DNA of 64,000 bases from assembly GCF_018977255.1 (NCBI RefSeq), contig NW_024704742.1, positions 29,638,001 to 29,702,000 of the forward strand. The letters run 5' to 3'. The DNA comes from Callorhinchus milii. Taxonomy: Eukaryota. Under the pieces are notes generated by a model, which was given only the letters and a program-made list of their open reading frames with translations, was not told the origin of the DNA and ran no database searches. The translations under genes were made by a program, and so were the position numbers. Positions 51,921 through 64,000 of this stretch are shown here, piece by piece. Each line of letters begins with the position of its first letter. Position 1 is the stretch's first letter.

Positions 51921-52007
51921 CCCTTTCTCCCTCTCTCCAGGTCCCCTCTTTTGAACAGGTTGATGAAGCCTCCAGGAGGAGCATGGTGGAGAGGGTAAGG
52001 TGATGCA

Positions 52008-52380
52008 AATAATGATAATAATCCTTGCATTTGATATAGAACCTTATCAAGTTGAGACACCTCACAGCGCTTCACAGAATATAAAATGGATTGACTGCGT
52101 ATTTTATAGGCGAAATGAGGCAGTCAATTGCATGGAGCAGTGTTCCACAAACAGTAGTGGATTGGGGTGGGGGGGGCCAATTTTGGGGGGGAAGGATTAT
52201 TATCCCCGGAAAGCGATCTACCAATCGACTAACAACCAGATTCCTACTTACTACTGGGTAAATAGAGATGTGTGGAGTTAGGAAACTTGCCTAAGATTTC
52301 GCTCTGCCCGGAATCAAACCCGGGTCCTCTCGATTGCAAAGCGAGCGCACTAACCACTACTAACCACGCTACGTAACTCC
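52008..52380 (-). mobile_element. Full-length tRNA-derived SINE
   Basis: Reverse complement of the head, body and tail of the 27206 family. Confidence 0.9.
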
Positions 52381-53189
52381 ACAATGTTGAGTCTAATACT
52401 GTAAATAGATAATATTCCTGGAAGTTGATAATAGCACCTTGTTAGCCTGTAAAAATGGCTCAAAGTGCTTCAGAAGTTTTTTTTACTATGAAGTGCAGTG
52501 ACTGTGTATTTGTAGGGAAACAAATTCCTACACCTAATTAACACCCGGCCTTGGCAGTATTAATAACAATGTGATAATTATCACATCACACCTCGCAATT
52601 TTCTCCCTGCGAATTGTGTCTGTGAAGTAAATAGAATAATAAATGTATAAATACTAAACAATTAGCCAATATCAATGTGCATTCCAATATTGTGAAATAA
52701 TATATACTTCAGTACAGTGGGACATCTCAACCGGATGTTCTGTTGGACCACAACTAAAAATATGCCACTGAAGACGAGACGACTGACAAACTGGCAGCTG
52801 ATGTCAGTGCCCACTTCCCCCATTTGTGGCGTCTTAGTGGAGGACGTTAGAGATGAATGATATAAAAGGGGCAAAGTACCAGAGGGTAATATGCTGACTG
52901 TATCATACCATTAATGTCTAGGAAAAGGGGGGTGGGGGGAAAGTAGAGGGAATTGTAGTACTGCAACACAGACTCTGGGGTCCACAAGAATTGGCTCGTG
53001 CCAACCTGCACCTAATATTCTCCAGGATAAGGAGAGAGAAAGTGCACACTCCATTCCACACAGAGATTTAGGTGGTTTACGTATGTGGAACTCTCAGGCT
53101 GAATTGAATACACTAAGCACAGTGCTGGATTTCGACATGCGTTAGACACCCTTTGACTAAGCATGGAAGATCACCAACATGCTGCTCTT

Positions 53190-53520
53190 CACGATCATAC
53201 ACAGCTGAATCTTGTGTACCTGGAGGTACTTATTTCCACAGATGGATGGCAGGCTGTGGCACCCTACATCGACCGACAGGTCTACAGCCAACAGCTTGGC
53301 TATAAAGTGGCAAAAACTGCACATTGAAGCCACATGCCTCGGGACGTAATGGAGACCATTGCGACAACCAGCTGTACCAGCTGGGAATAATATCATGTAG
53401 ATAGTTCTGCTATTTGGTGCAGAGAGCAGCGCATCATTACGTTTGCCAGATCCCTCATTGCTCCCGTTCTATAGCAGAGCCCATTGTTAATGGCAGCCAA
53501 GGTGCAGGTCAAAAGTGAGC
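53190..53520 (+). mobile_element. Old RTE-like LINE fragment
   Basis: VYLEVLISTDG resembles the RT-thumb motif FxYLGSxISxDG; VLLFGAES resembles LLYGAETW. Confidence 0.5.
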
Positions 53521-55752
53521 TGAGAAGCTTTGGCCTCAGCTGTCAACCTTCAGCCGAGAGCAGGAATGTAGCACACAGATCATACATGTAGCATTACAGT
53601 CCTTAGCATGTAATTACTGTCAAGCACAGTGACTACTTTTGAGGACAGCAAGCGTGCAATGACTATGTACTCTGTAGGACAGATGTGCCGGGCATGGTGC
53701 GATAAGGATGTAATTTAGGTATAGGATGGGAGGGGTCTCATGTGGATTATAAAGACTGTCAGGTACTAGTTGGGCAGAATGGCCTGTTGGGTGCTAGATC
53801 ACTCTATGTGACACTGTGTTCTTATCGTTTGTGCTTGATGGAAATAAAAGAGCTTGAACCCCAGGTTAAACTACAGGTATGACAACTAGGCTGTACAGTA
53901 GTCTTTAGTTATGTGACTCATAATATCGCTGGGCCAGATGCTGATATTGTTCCTCGATTCATTGAAATCCTCTGAAAGTTGTGAAGTATATCAAAATATT
54001 CATGTTACTAATTGTGTTTGCACTAGAACCTATGTACTGTACATTGTGCTTTTAGTTTACTGTAATATGATTTTTACTTCATGATATAGTATAACATGTA
54101 TTATAGTAGTTTTGCTCTAATTATACACTGCTTACAGTGCACTGAATTCTCCGATAATCTGATAACTGCATTGTTTTCATAATTAGAAAAGTTCTTGGCC
54201 AGGACCCTGGTGGAAACTCCCTTCTCTTTTCAAATAGTGCCATGAAATCTTTAATATTCATCTGAACAGGCAGTTTAACACCTCTTCTGAAGAACGGTAC
54301 CTTTGTCAATCTGGTGACCCCCACAACCCCAGATTGCACTGGAGCATCAACCTACAAAAAAACTCAAAACTACAAATTTGGGGCTTGAACCCACAACCTT
54401 CTGACTTAGAAACAAAAGTGCTACTAACTGAGCCAGGCTCACACTGTTTCACTAGAAGTATTGGATATCAGCCTTGTTACTGGGTTGGTAGAACATGGTG
54501 AATGAGGTCATATAGCTAACCTCCATCCCAAAGGATGGTGTCTTGACGATACGAAGCTTGCTCCCACGAATGTACTGAAGTGTCAACTTAAACTGTGAAC
54601 TCATCTTCTGACATGGGGCTTGAACCCATAACTTTCCGACCAAGAGACAAGAGTGATACCATCTTGAGCCAGGCTGACGACGTCAAACAAAAACTATTCC
54701 AAACCACCCGAAGATTGGGTTGATAATATCTTGATTTTCACATGAACTCAGTAGTCTCAGAAACATCTGATTCCCCTCCTCCCCTACATGTTAAAAAAGC
54801 AGTATAGAAACACCCTAATTTCCCCTCTCAAGCCAGTCAGGAAATTACATCTGTACGTGTGCCTTGATACAGGTTGGATGTGAAACGTGTGCAAATCGTA
54901 GCTATCCAAAAAAACTCGAGGCAAGTCTCTTATTTTGGCAGCAGTTTACAAACGGTGTTGTAGAAAATGAGCCTGCTGACGTACTGCGGAATGCAGTGGG
55001 GGCTGGAGAGGAAAAAAGAGGCTGGTTACAGTAGTCTGTAATTATCTCTGTATCTTATTTTGTACCCATTGAAAGAGGATGTCCTTAAGAACTACATGAC
55101 AACCAACTGATCCTGAAGTGCTGCTGCTACAGGAAATGGGTGGGCAGCTGGAAAATATCCTCTTGTTGCTGTTGCCTTTGCCGCTGCTGGAGAGAACGGA
55201 CTTGTAACTAAATAGTTTCATTTACTGGAGGTCACCAAAGCTCCTTAGAATTAATCTCAAAATAATCTTCTCCCCAAGTCCCTTTTATGTTGCGGAAAAG
55301 TTGGATTTCTGCATTATTACAAGTCCGGAGGACTTTGGGTTTAAATTATACAGATTTGCGGTCGTCGTCCCCCTCCCCCCAAACAAAAAAGGTAAGTATC
55401 AATTTTCAACAACCTTTATGGAATTAGCTGCTGCAAATTAAAATGTAATAACGGCGTTTCCTCCAAATGGCTTAGGGTTTGAAGCCACTGACTCATGTGA
55501 AACTCAGCAAAATAATAATAATAATCCTTCACAACAACATACAGCTCTAATAATACCTGGAAACTGATCCAACCTTCGGCTCTACAGCCTCTTTACCCAA
55601 GCGAATTTCTCAAAAAATAACATCTTTCCCACAAAGCCACTGCTTATATTGTCAGCATGGAGGTTAGATAAATTCACTAAATATGGAAAGATTCTCTCCT
55701 CCCACCCACAACAAAAGTACAAAAGCTTAATGATTCTCCAAGTGGCATACTT

Positions 55753-56130
55753 TAATAATATAATAATAATCCTTGCATTTGATATAGCTACTCATCATGT
55801 CATCGAGATGTCTCAAAGCGCTTCACAGGATATACTGTGAAGTGGATTGACTGTGTATTTTATGGGCGAAACGTGGCAGCCAGTTTGTGCCCTGCAATGT
55901 CCCGCAAATAGCCAAGGAGTTAGTGACCAATTTGATTTGGGGGAATGATGGCCAAGACACCATGAGAAACTCCCTTCTCTTTCAAATAGTGCCTTGGGAT
56001 CTTTAACATCCATCTGAAGAGGCAGGTGGCACCTTGGTTTAACGTCTCATCCGAATGACAGCACGTCCGACAATGCAACACCCCCCCAGCACTGCAATGG
56101 AGTGTCAGCTTACACTGTGATTCAAATCCT
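55753..56130 (-). mobile_element. Deu-domain SINE
   Basis: Reverse-complement core GGGATCTTTAACATCCA plus tail. More than 30 tails of these SINE families are visible by eye across the window. Confidence 0.85.
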
Positions 56131-57050
56131 TACATGGGCCCAGAACGTCCTAGGTGTGAACTCAGAACTGATCAAAGCTGATCTCAGCTGAGGTGGCAGA
56201 CCAGGTTTTACAATTAGCCTTTGCGCTCGGCAAAGGAAACAAAAGTCACAGTCCTGCTCCTGATATCTATCCAGTAATATCCATTCTCTGGAAAATGTGC
56301 ATGTGCCCCTGCCAAGCAAGGGCAACAACAACACCACCTATGGTTACCTCCTCTTTCTCCCCGGCTCAGCATCAAACTATGCCATTGTTGACTACCCCGA
56401 GATGCTACCCCACATAAAATGTAGCTATCTGAATGAAAGTTGTTTTCTCCATATCCCTTCATACTCATGTCACTTCACCAAGTATCTATGCATTGATCTC
56501 CCTTTGCTCCAGTTGTGATTACGATGGCCAGCGAGTCTAAACATTCTTGCCAGGAGTTGATCACTTTAGAATTATGCTCCAGGTTTGAGACACTCTCAGA
56601 AGCTCTCAACAAATCTGAGCTTGCTCAAAGTGTGTCACCTAAAAGCGTGCAAATCTACAAGCCGCAGAATTAACCTATATAATAGTGGTTGGAATCAATC
56701 TATACATTTATAAGACTCTAACCTGCAAATTAGCTAAAGATAAGGAAATCTGTTTCAGGTGCACATGCACTAATGAACTGGGTCTGAGATTTTAACTGGG
56801 ACAATTTCATAAGAGAACTGAATAGGAACACTGTTTATACTTCAATCCACAAAGGGACCCAGCTGAGACCACATCGTACCTCAAAGGCCCAGGTCATAAT
56901 TCTGGGGAGATCTTTGGCTGGAAAAACCTGGACTCACTAGCTGAAAGCTACCAGGATCACAATTGGAGCGAGGTCTATGTGTCTTGTTTGTGTAGAAACA
57001 TTCACACACGTCAACTGTCCCCTAAGTGTTTTCCAATGAGAAAGTAGTCA

Positions 57051-57240
57051 GTAAACGGAGAGGAGATGGTAAACAGGAGAGCAGCCGGTAAAGAAAGAGG
57101 AGACGGTAAAGAAAGAGAGATGGTAAAGAAAGAGAGACGGTAAAGAAAGAGGAGACGGTAAAGAAAGAGAGACGGTAAAGAAAGAGGAGACGGTAAAGAA
57201 AGCGAGACGGTAAAGAAACAGGAGACGGTAAAGAAAGAGA
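57051..57240. repeat. Purine-rich 18-19-bp minisatellite, ~10 copies
   Basis: Unit GAGACGGTAAAGAAAGAG(G). Confidence 0.95.
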
Positions 57241-58282
57241 AGCTCGGGTATTTGACAGAAATTGAACTGTACATTGGATGTCTGGATTAATGGTGTGTCC
57301 AGATCAATGACGCTTGGATTAGCAGCAGTGTATTGTATAAACAGGGTCAAAAGCAAGTCACCTGTAACCCTCTATCCAGTTGTTAAACACAAGCCTTTCT
57401 TTATTAGTATCTGCGTCACTGTGACTTCCCCTACGTGCGACCAAGTGACTTACGATGACAGGGAATCTGTCGCCCATTAGCCTCTGTTTACACGGAGCTC
57501 GGTATGGATTTGATCAGAGTCGAGGCTGAAGCTAGATCATGTTACACAACGCAGAGGCAAAGCAGCAGCAGCAGCAGGCAGGCCTGCACTGCACACGATC
57601 CTCAGCTTTCCCCCAGTTTAAAGATTTAATCAGCATTTCCCCTGGATTTCATCCCAGTGCAAACCACGCAGCCAACCTTTGCATGCTGCTCCGTGCTCGC
57701 CACACGCGACACACCTGCATGAGTAAGTGCTGTGATGCCCGAGTGTGTAAGTGCCGGCTCACTGGGGCGCTAATAGGGAGAGGAGCCGAGCATCGTGAGG
57801 TTCAGGCCGGTCAAATCAATCCCAATTAACTTCCCACCGCAATGCACAGTGAGTTTAGCAGAACCCTTACAGAGGCGCGGGACTGTCTCAAAACCTGGCA
57901 CCAACACAGGAGGGTGGAGAGCGCTTCACATTTTAGCCCACAGGACAGCCAGATTCGGTGCCTACAACTGACCCGGGCCGTGACACACCGAGACAACACC
58001 CACACCGCGAATTGCTTAGGAACAGAATCTGCTTATGCTTTTTTTAGGTTATATTACAGGTACTTGTTTTCTCACCCACAGCGATGCTGAACACATAACA
58101 CAGTTTATTAACCTTTTGCACACAAGGCTGTATGGTTTGATTGACCGTGTTTTATTTTCCGCTGTCATTTATAAGCACATTCCCAGCTCCCCTCGCCTGG
58201 AGGCTGCTCATTCTGACTGCACCAATTGTTGGCTGTGGGACCAAAGATGAACTGATTCAATCCTGAGCCTGCGTGCAGTGCA

Positions 58283-58545
58283 TTCAGCCTGGGTCAGTGG
58301 TAGCACTCTCGCTTGTGAGTCAAAAGGTTTTGGGTTCAAATCCCATGTTGCGACTTGGAATCACATAGTCTAGGCTGACACTCCAATGCAGTGCTGTGGG
58401 TGTGCTGCATTATCGGAGGTGCCGTCCTTTGGACGAGATGTTAAACTGAGGTCCCGTCTGCTTGGTTAGGTGGATGTTAAAGATCCCATGCCACTCTTCG
58501 AAAAGGGGAGTTTCTCCTGGTATCCTGGCCAACAAATCCCCCAAA
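58283..58545 (+). mobile_element. Deu-domain SINE (SacSINE1-like), 3'-truncated
   Basis: Same head and core as the 22095 copy. Confidence 0.85.
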
Positions 58546-59019
58546 TGGCCATGGGAAAAACAGGGGCGTCATGAGTCAGAGTTCGGCTGCACAGTGGGTG
58601 CCAGACTGTTTTGCTTAAAGTGAAGCACAACCGACAAAACCTGCTCAGTAGGAAAAGGGACAGGAGGTGAGACAGCATTCACAAGATCACAAGGTGACAA
58701 AAGGTGTTCAGGTAAAGAACCCCTCCACACCCCAGGCTCATTTGACCTCATTCTTCCAGAACACTCGCCCGGGCATCTTCCCACTACAGCTCTAAGCTGT
58801 TCATTAAATCAGTCTAATATCCTGGTCTCCACTGCTCTTTCTGGAAACCCGTTTCAGCTGTTGATTAACATATGACCCAAAGTGAGGTGTTTCACCCCTG
58901 TTTTTCACAATGCCGACAATAGTTTTTTTTATTGGGATATTTACTGTATTTTCCTGGTGACGAAGAATAATAATCCTTGAATTTGGTTGAGCACCTTATC
59001 AGGTCCGAAGAACATCCCG

Positions 59020-59310
59020 GTTGTAAAGAAATAATTCCTGGTGTCTGTGCTGAAATTCTCCTACAGCCCTGAAATTGCCCTCTGGTCTTGGAAACTGAGC
59101 ATATTGTTCTGGGCTTACAATCTCTAACCCATTAAGCACTTTTTGTAGACCTCCAAGGTCTCCTATAAAATGTCTGTTTTCAAGGCTGAAGAGGCCCAGC
59201 TTATTCTTCATAGCTCACCCTCACCCACTGATGCTGGGAATCAGACTCCTATGCGTTGCCTTTCCAGCCTGGGCATCCCCCTTATTTCATGGTGACCAGA
59301 ATTGTACTAC
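59020..59310 (-). mobile_element. CR1 3' fragment
   Basis: LGLFSLENRHFIGDL...VLNGLE. Confidence 0.75.
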
Positions 59311-60984
59311 TGAACATATGTAAGATGATCACTAAAAATAGGGAACTATTCTGCTAAATCTGTGAATATGGAAACCTATGATAAAGAAGTAGTGAGAAGG
59401 ATTTCTATTTTTGGCAATCGGTAGTTAGATCAGCAAGCATGAAGAGTTTTGCTGGATCAGCCTTAAAAAAAAGTCCCTTACATTAAAACAATAGATTTAT
59501 TTAAAGAAAGAAAACAAAAAGTATCAGTCGCTCCATCAAAGTCAAGGAGTGAAATCCCTGTAGAAATTGCTCCTCAGGTTGCTAATTCCTGGGGTTATAT
59601 TTTGACAGTCATTATCTATGGGGCATCCCCGGGCTTTTAGACAGTGTCAAATTAGTATTTCACGGATGCCTCCTGGAGATTGCTGGTATAAATTAATGAT
59701 CTGGTGGCTAACTTCTGCAGCCGCTGTGCTGCTCTGTGGAGTGGCGTCCCACACGCTTGTGAGACATTAACGTTTAAACTACAACCCACTGCAATGGCTG
59801 TGACACTGTGACCTGTGATGTGTAATTAGGAAGGGAGCTGAGCAAACAGGGAGGGGAGGGGAGAGGAGGAAGCTGGTCCTCTCTGGGAAAGGGCTTTGTG
59901 TGAGCAATTGCTGCAATAAATAGCTGCCGCGTCACCTTTCGTCGCTGTTTTATTTCAGAGATGTAAAAAAATAAAATGCCCTATTGGGGGGAAAAAATAT
60001 TTCTGTAAAATTCATCGGAAAGGCATGCAATTAGTCTCCTCTCTGCCTGTGGGGGCAGAGCAAGGAGCTGTGCCAGTCAGAGAAAGGTGCAGACACAATG
60101 TGCGGGCGGCCCTTTTACTACCAATTGTTCTCTCGGGCTTGGACGAACGGGAAAGCGAGTCCAAGAGGAATGGGAGAATGAGGAAATATTAAATGGTCTG
60201 AGCGGCACAGCTCCACCCCACCCTGGAAACTGCAGCCACCTTCCCCAGGATCACTTCACTATCCGTTGCATTTCATGTCAGTTTGATGGATTCCACATCC
60301 TGACATTATTATTAGTGGTTGTTAGTCTCTGCAGTAAGCCGCACAGTGCATCATCCACCCCTATTTACACGTCAGTGTGAAATCTACCGCGAGGGCTTTT
60401 GATGCTCCACATTATTACTGGGTCCACGATACAGCCAAGAAAGACATTTTCTCTCTCTATATATACATATATATGTGTATGTGTGTATATATGTATATAA
60501 TATATATATAATATATATATGTACAGCATGCAGGAGTATGTGGCTTAAATCCTCCCTGGGATAGTTTCAGCCAGCATCACAACGTGAGCAGCCAAACACA
60601 TCAACACCACAAGTCTCGACATGTGCGATCGGTACTCAGCACAGCTTGCATAACCAACGAGCAGGGATGAGTAACAGTGGACACATCCACACTGCCTTAT
60701 CCGACTTGCTAGAGCAGTCTAGCACAATACCTGCTGTCTAATAAACCCTTTCCTCTACTCCTAGCAATGAGGCTCCATTATTTTTCAGTGGATCACTCCG
60801 TGCAGCTCCAACCTGTGTGGAAAAAAACGCCAATAAACTACTTACCGGCAGCTTCAAATTAGTAAGGTCCTGCAAACAATCCCACCTAAATCAACCAAAA
60901 GAGACTCTCCACCCACTCCATCACCAGCAAAGGGCAAATCTAAACACTATTCAAAAAGAGAAAGGAGTTTCTCAAGGCCAACAA

Positions 60985-62830
60985 TAGAATTATAGATTCA
61001 CAGAATTATACAGCACAGAAGGAGGCCATTCGGCCCATCACGTCTGTGCCGGCTCTTTGAAAAGAGCTATCCAAATCAATCCCACTCCCCTGCTCTCTCA
61101 CAATAGCCCTGCGAACTTGTCCTCCCAAAATAATTATCTACTTCTCTCTTAAAAGTTGTTATCGAATCGGTTTCCACCACTCTTTCAAGCAATGCATTTC
61201 AGATTTGAACAACTGCTGTGTGAAAAAAATTTCTCCTTACCTGCTCCCCTCTGTTTCATTTAACAACTATTTGAAATCGGTGCCCTCGGGTTACCGACCC
61301 ACCAGCCAATGGAAATAGTTTCTGCTTGTTCACCCTATCGAATCCCCTCATAATTTTTAAAACCTCTAGTAAATCTCCTCTTAACCTTTTCTGCTCCTGG
61401 TACCATCCTGGTAAATCTCCTTTGCACCCTCTCCAATGCCTTGACATCCTTCCTAAAGTGTGGTGCCCAGAACTGAACACAGTACTGTAGCTGAGGCCTA
61501 ACCAGTGTTTTATAAAGGTTCATCATAATTTCCTGATTTTTGTATTCTATGCCCCTATTTATAAAGCCTAATATCCCATATGCTTTTTTAACTGCTTTAT
61601 CTACCTGTCCTGCCACCTTCAAAGATTTACTTATATGAACCCCCAGGTCTCTCTGTTCCTTCACCCCCTTTAAGATTGTACCATCAGCTTATATTGCCTC
61701 TCCTCATTCTTCCTCCTAAAATGCATCACTTTGCATTTCTCCACATTAAACTTCATCTGCCACACGTCTGCCCATTTTACCAGTCTGTCTATGTCCTCTT
61801 GCAGTTTGCTACTATCCTGCTCACTGTTCACTACTTTTCCTAGCTTAGTATCATCTGCAAACTTGGAAATTGTACTCCCTATACCCAAGTCCAGGTCATT
61901 TATACAGATCAAAAACTACAGTGGTCCCAATACCGACCCCTGGGGCACACTTCTGGACACCCCAGTCAGACAAATAACTGTTCACCACCACTGCCTGCTT
62001 TCTGTCTCCCAGCTAGATCTGTATCTATGCTGCCACTGTCCTTTCAATATCGTAGGCTTCTATTTTGCTTATAAGTCTCTTATGTGGCACTTTATCAAAC
62101 GCCTTTTGAAAATCCATATAAACTACATCAACTGCACTACCTTCATCCACCCTCTCCGTTACGTCATCAAAAAACTCCATCAGGTTTGTAAGACATGATT
62201 TGCCTTCAACAAATCCGTGTTGGCTGTCCTTTATTAACCCATATTTTCTAAGTGAAAATTTATTTTGTCCCGGATTATAGCCTCCAGAAGTTTCCCCACT
62301 ACTGACGTTAGGCTGACTGGCCTGTAGTTCCCGGGTTTATTCTTCTGCCCCCTTTGGTACAGGGGAGTAACATTTGCGACCCTCCAGTCCTCTGGCACCA
62401 CCCCAGTGTCCAAAGAGGATTGAAAGATTGTGGCCAGAGCCTCCATTATTTCCACCCTTACTTCCCTCAGTAACAACAACAACAAAATGAAATTTTGTTT
62501 CAGCGTGTTTCACGTCAGGAGGACGTCCCAAGGCACTGGACAGACAAGAGTTTTGGACCCGAGCTGGGGTTGGGATCGGGGAGGGTGGAAAGCAGAGAGG
62601 GAAACAGGGTGATCGAAGGCACAGTCGAAAAGGAGGGTCTTGATACAAAACAGTTGATTGGTCCTTACACCTTTTGTAACCTTTCATAACCTGGTAACCT
62701 AGGATGCATCCCGTCCAGACCGGGTGATTTATCTACCTTGAGCAACAACAACTTTTTTAATACCTCCTTATCTTATCCAATTTCTCTACCCTTTCCTCGG
62801 ATACTGTGGCATTGGCTGCATCCTCTTCTT
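60985..62830 (-). mobile_element. CR1-clade LINE, RT domain to 3' end, decayed, with an L2 3' end nested at 62472-62642
   Basis: VPEDWRVANVTP, PGNYRPVSLTSVVGKLLE, ISKFADDTKL, WQMKFNVEKCKVMH, LVRPQLQYCVQFWAP; (TTCTA)-type tail near 60985-61010. Confidence 0.95.
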
Positions 62831-64000
62831 TTATACCCCAGATAAAACTGGTCATTCACTTCATGGCTGTTTATGGGACATTGCTGAGCCCAAATTGGCT
62901 GCCATACTTATCCACAAAACAGACAGTCACTGCACTTTACAGTATATCCTGTTAAGCTCTTTGGGACGTCCTCCAGACATGAAAGGTGTTATATTCAAAT
63001 GGAAGGATTATTATTATATAGAAGATAATAATAACTGCATTTGAAAACTAGGTAAAGAAAAATAGAGCAACTTAATATATTCAAATTTCAATCAGTTATT
63101 ATTTGGAAGGGGTCACTGTGGAAGGATCAAAATTATAGAACAGTTTTTCTAAACATATGAAATACCGGGTCGATTTAAAGAACCAGATTTAAATGTGTTC
63201 TGCAGTTAAAGCCCCCTTTCCCCATCTCAATAAGGTTGATAGTGCCACCAACTTGATTCGTGCTTGGTAGAGATGATGTTGAAGCTTTGTAAAATAGGTT
63301 TCCTGAGTCTATTCAGGGAATAATAGCTGAGCTTAATCTAAGTTAGGTTAATATCTCTTGAATTAGTCTGGAGAGGCCACATATGACAACTCGGCCTCCG
63401 GAAATATTCAGGCACTAGTATGTGTTCNTTTTTTCAAATAAACAAAACAGTTGATTGGTCCTTGCATCTTTTGAGTTATAGCAGGGTGAGTGAAAGACGG
63501 ACAGAACGCACAGACTAACAGTCATGTCAAGGATGAACATAGTAGTCTGCCGTGAAGTTTAGCACTCAACCTCGCACTAACAGGGAATTGAGGTCAAGAG
63601 GGGACACTTCAGCACTTGGTGGAAGGCCAGTTTTCTCTTGACTCCATTAATTTGTCCAAACTACCCCAGGAGGCTCCTGAGTACAACTGTTACCCAAGAC
63701 AGAGATCCAAATTATAGTCCCTAATCCAATGATTTGCAGCTCCAGTGTTGGTCCTAAGTTCCAGAGGACACTGATTACGCTGGGTACAAATCCACAGGCA
63801 GTAGCTGTCTTTCTATTATAATACTGGGAAACTGATATTAAAGAAAAACATACCATTAAGTTTGATATAGGTCCTAAAATTTAGAAAATAGGATCACTGA
63901 CCTCATAGTAAAAACAAAATGGCATTGCTCAGAGCCTGAGTACAGGAAGCCACTAACCTGCACACTTGCAACACCTGCTGGTGTTTCTAACAAAAAATAG

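Overview
Vertebrate genomic DNA. The repeat content (tRNA-headed SINEs with Deu-type domains and L2-derived (TTA)n/(TTG)n tails, L2 and CR1 LINE fragments, AmnSINE2-like relics) points to a cartilaginous fish, probably a holocephalan; this is an inference. No intact protein-coding gene, RNA gene or CRISPR array is evident, and most ORF-track entries are LINE/SINE debris or chance. The main hidden signal is a heavily decayed CSPG4/NG2-family pseudogene on the + strand. It survives as about 16 colinear fragments over ~8.2-42.9 kb: signal-like leader, two laminin-G domains, a CSPG-repeat array apparently longer than in human CSPG4, a degenerate TM segment and a C-terminal tail. It appears to lack most CSPG4 introns, so it may be an ancient retrocopy, and insertions have inflated it roughly 4-fold. 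All protein matches were made by eye against human CSPG4 as remembered, so they need a frameshift-aware search to confirm. Also present: a nested hAT-like element with an 8-bp TSD, a Tc1/mariner-type MITE, template-switch hairpins, locally templated duplications, minisatellites and several enhancer/promoter-like motif clusters.
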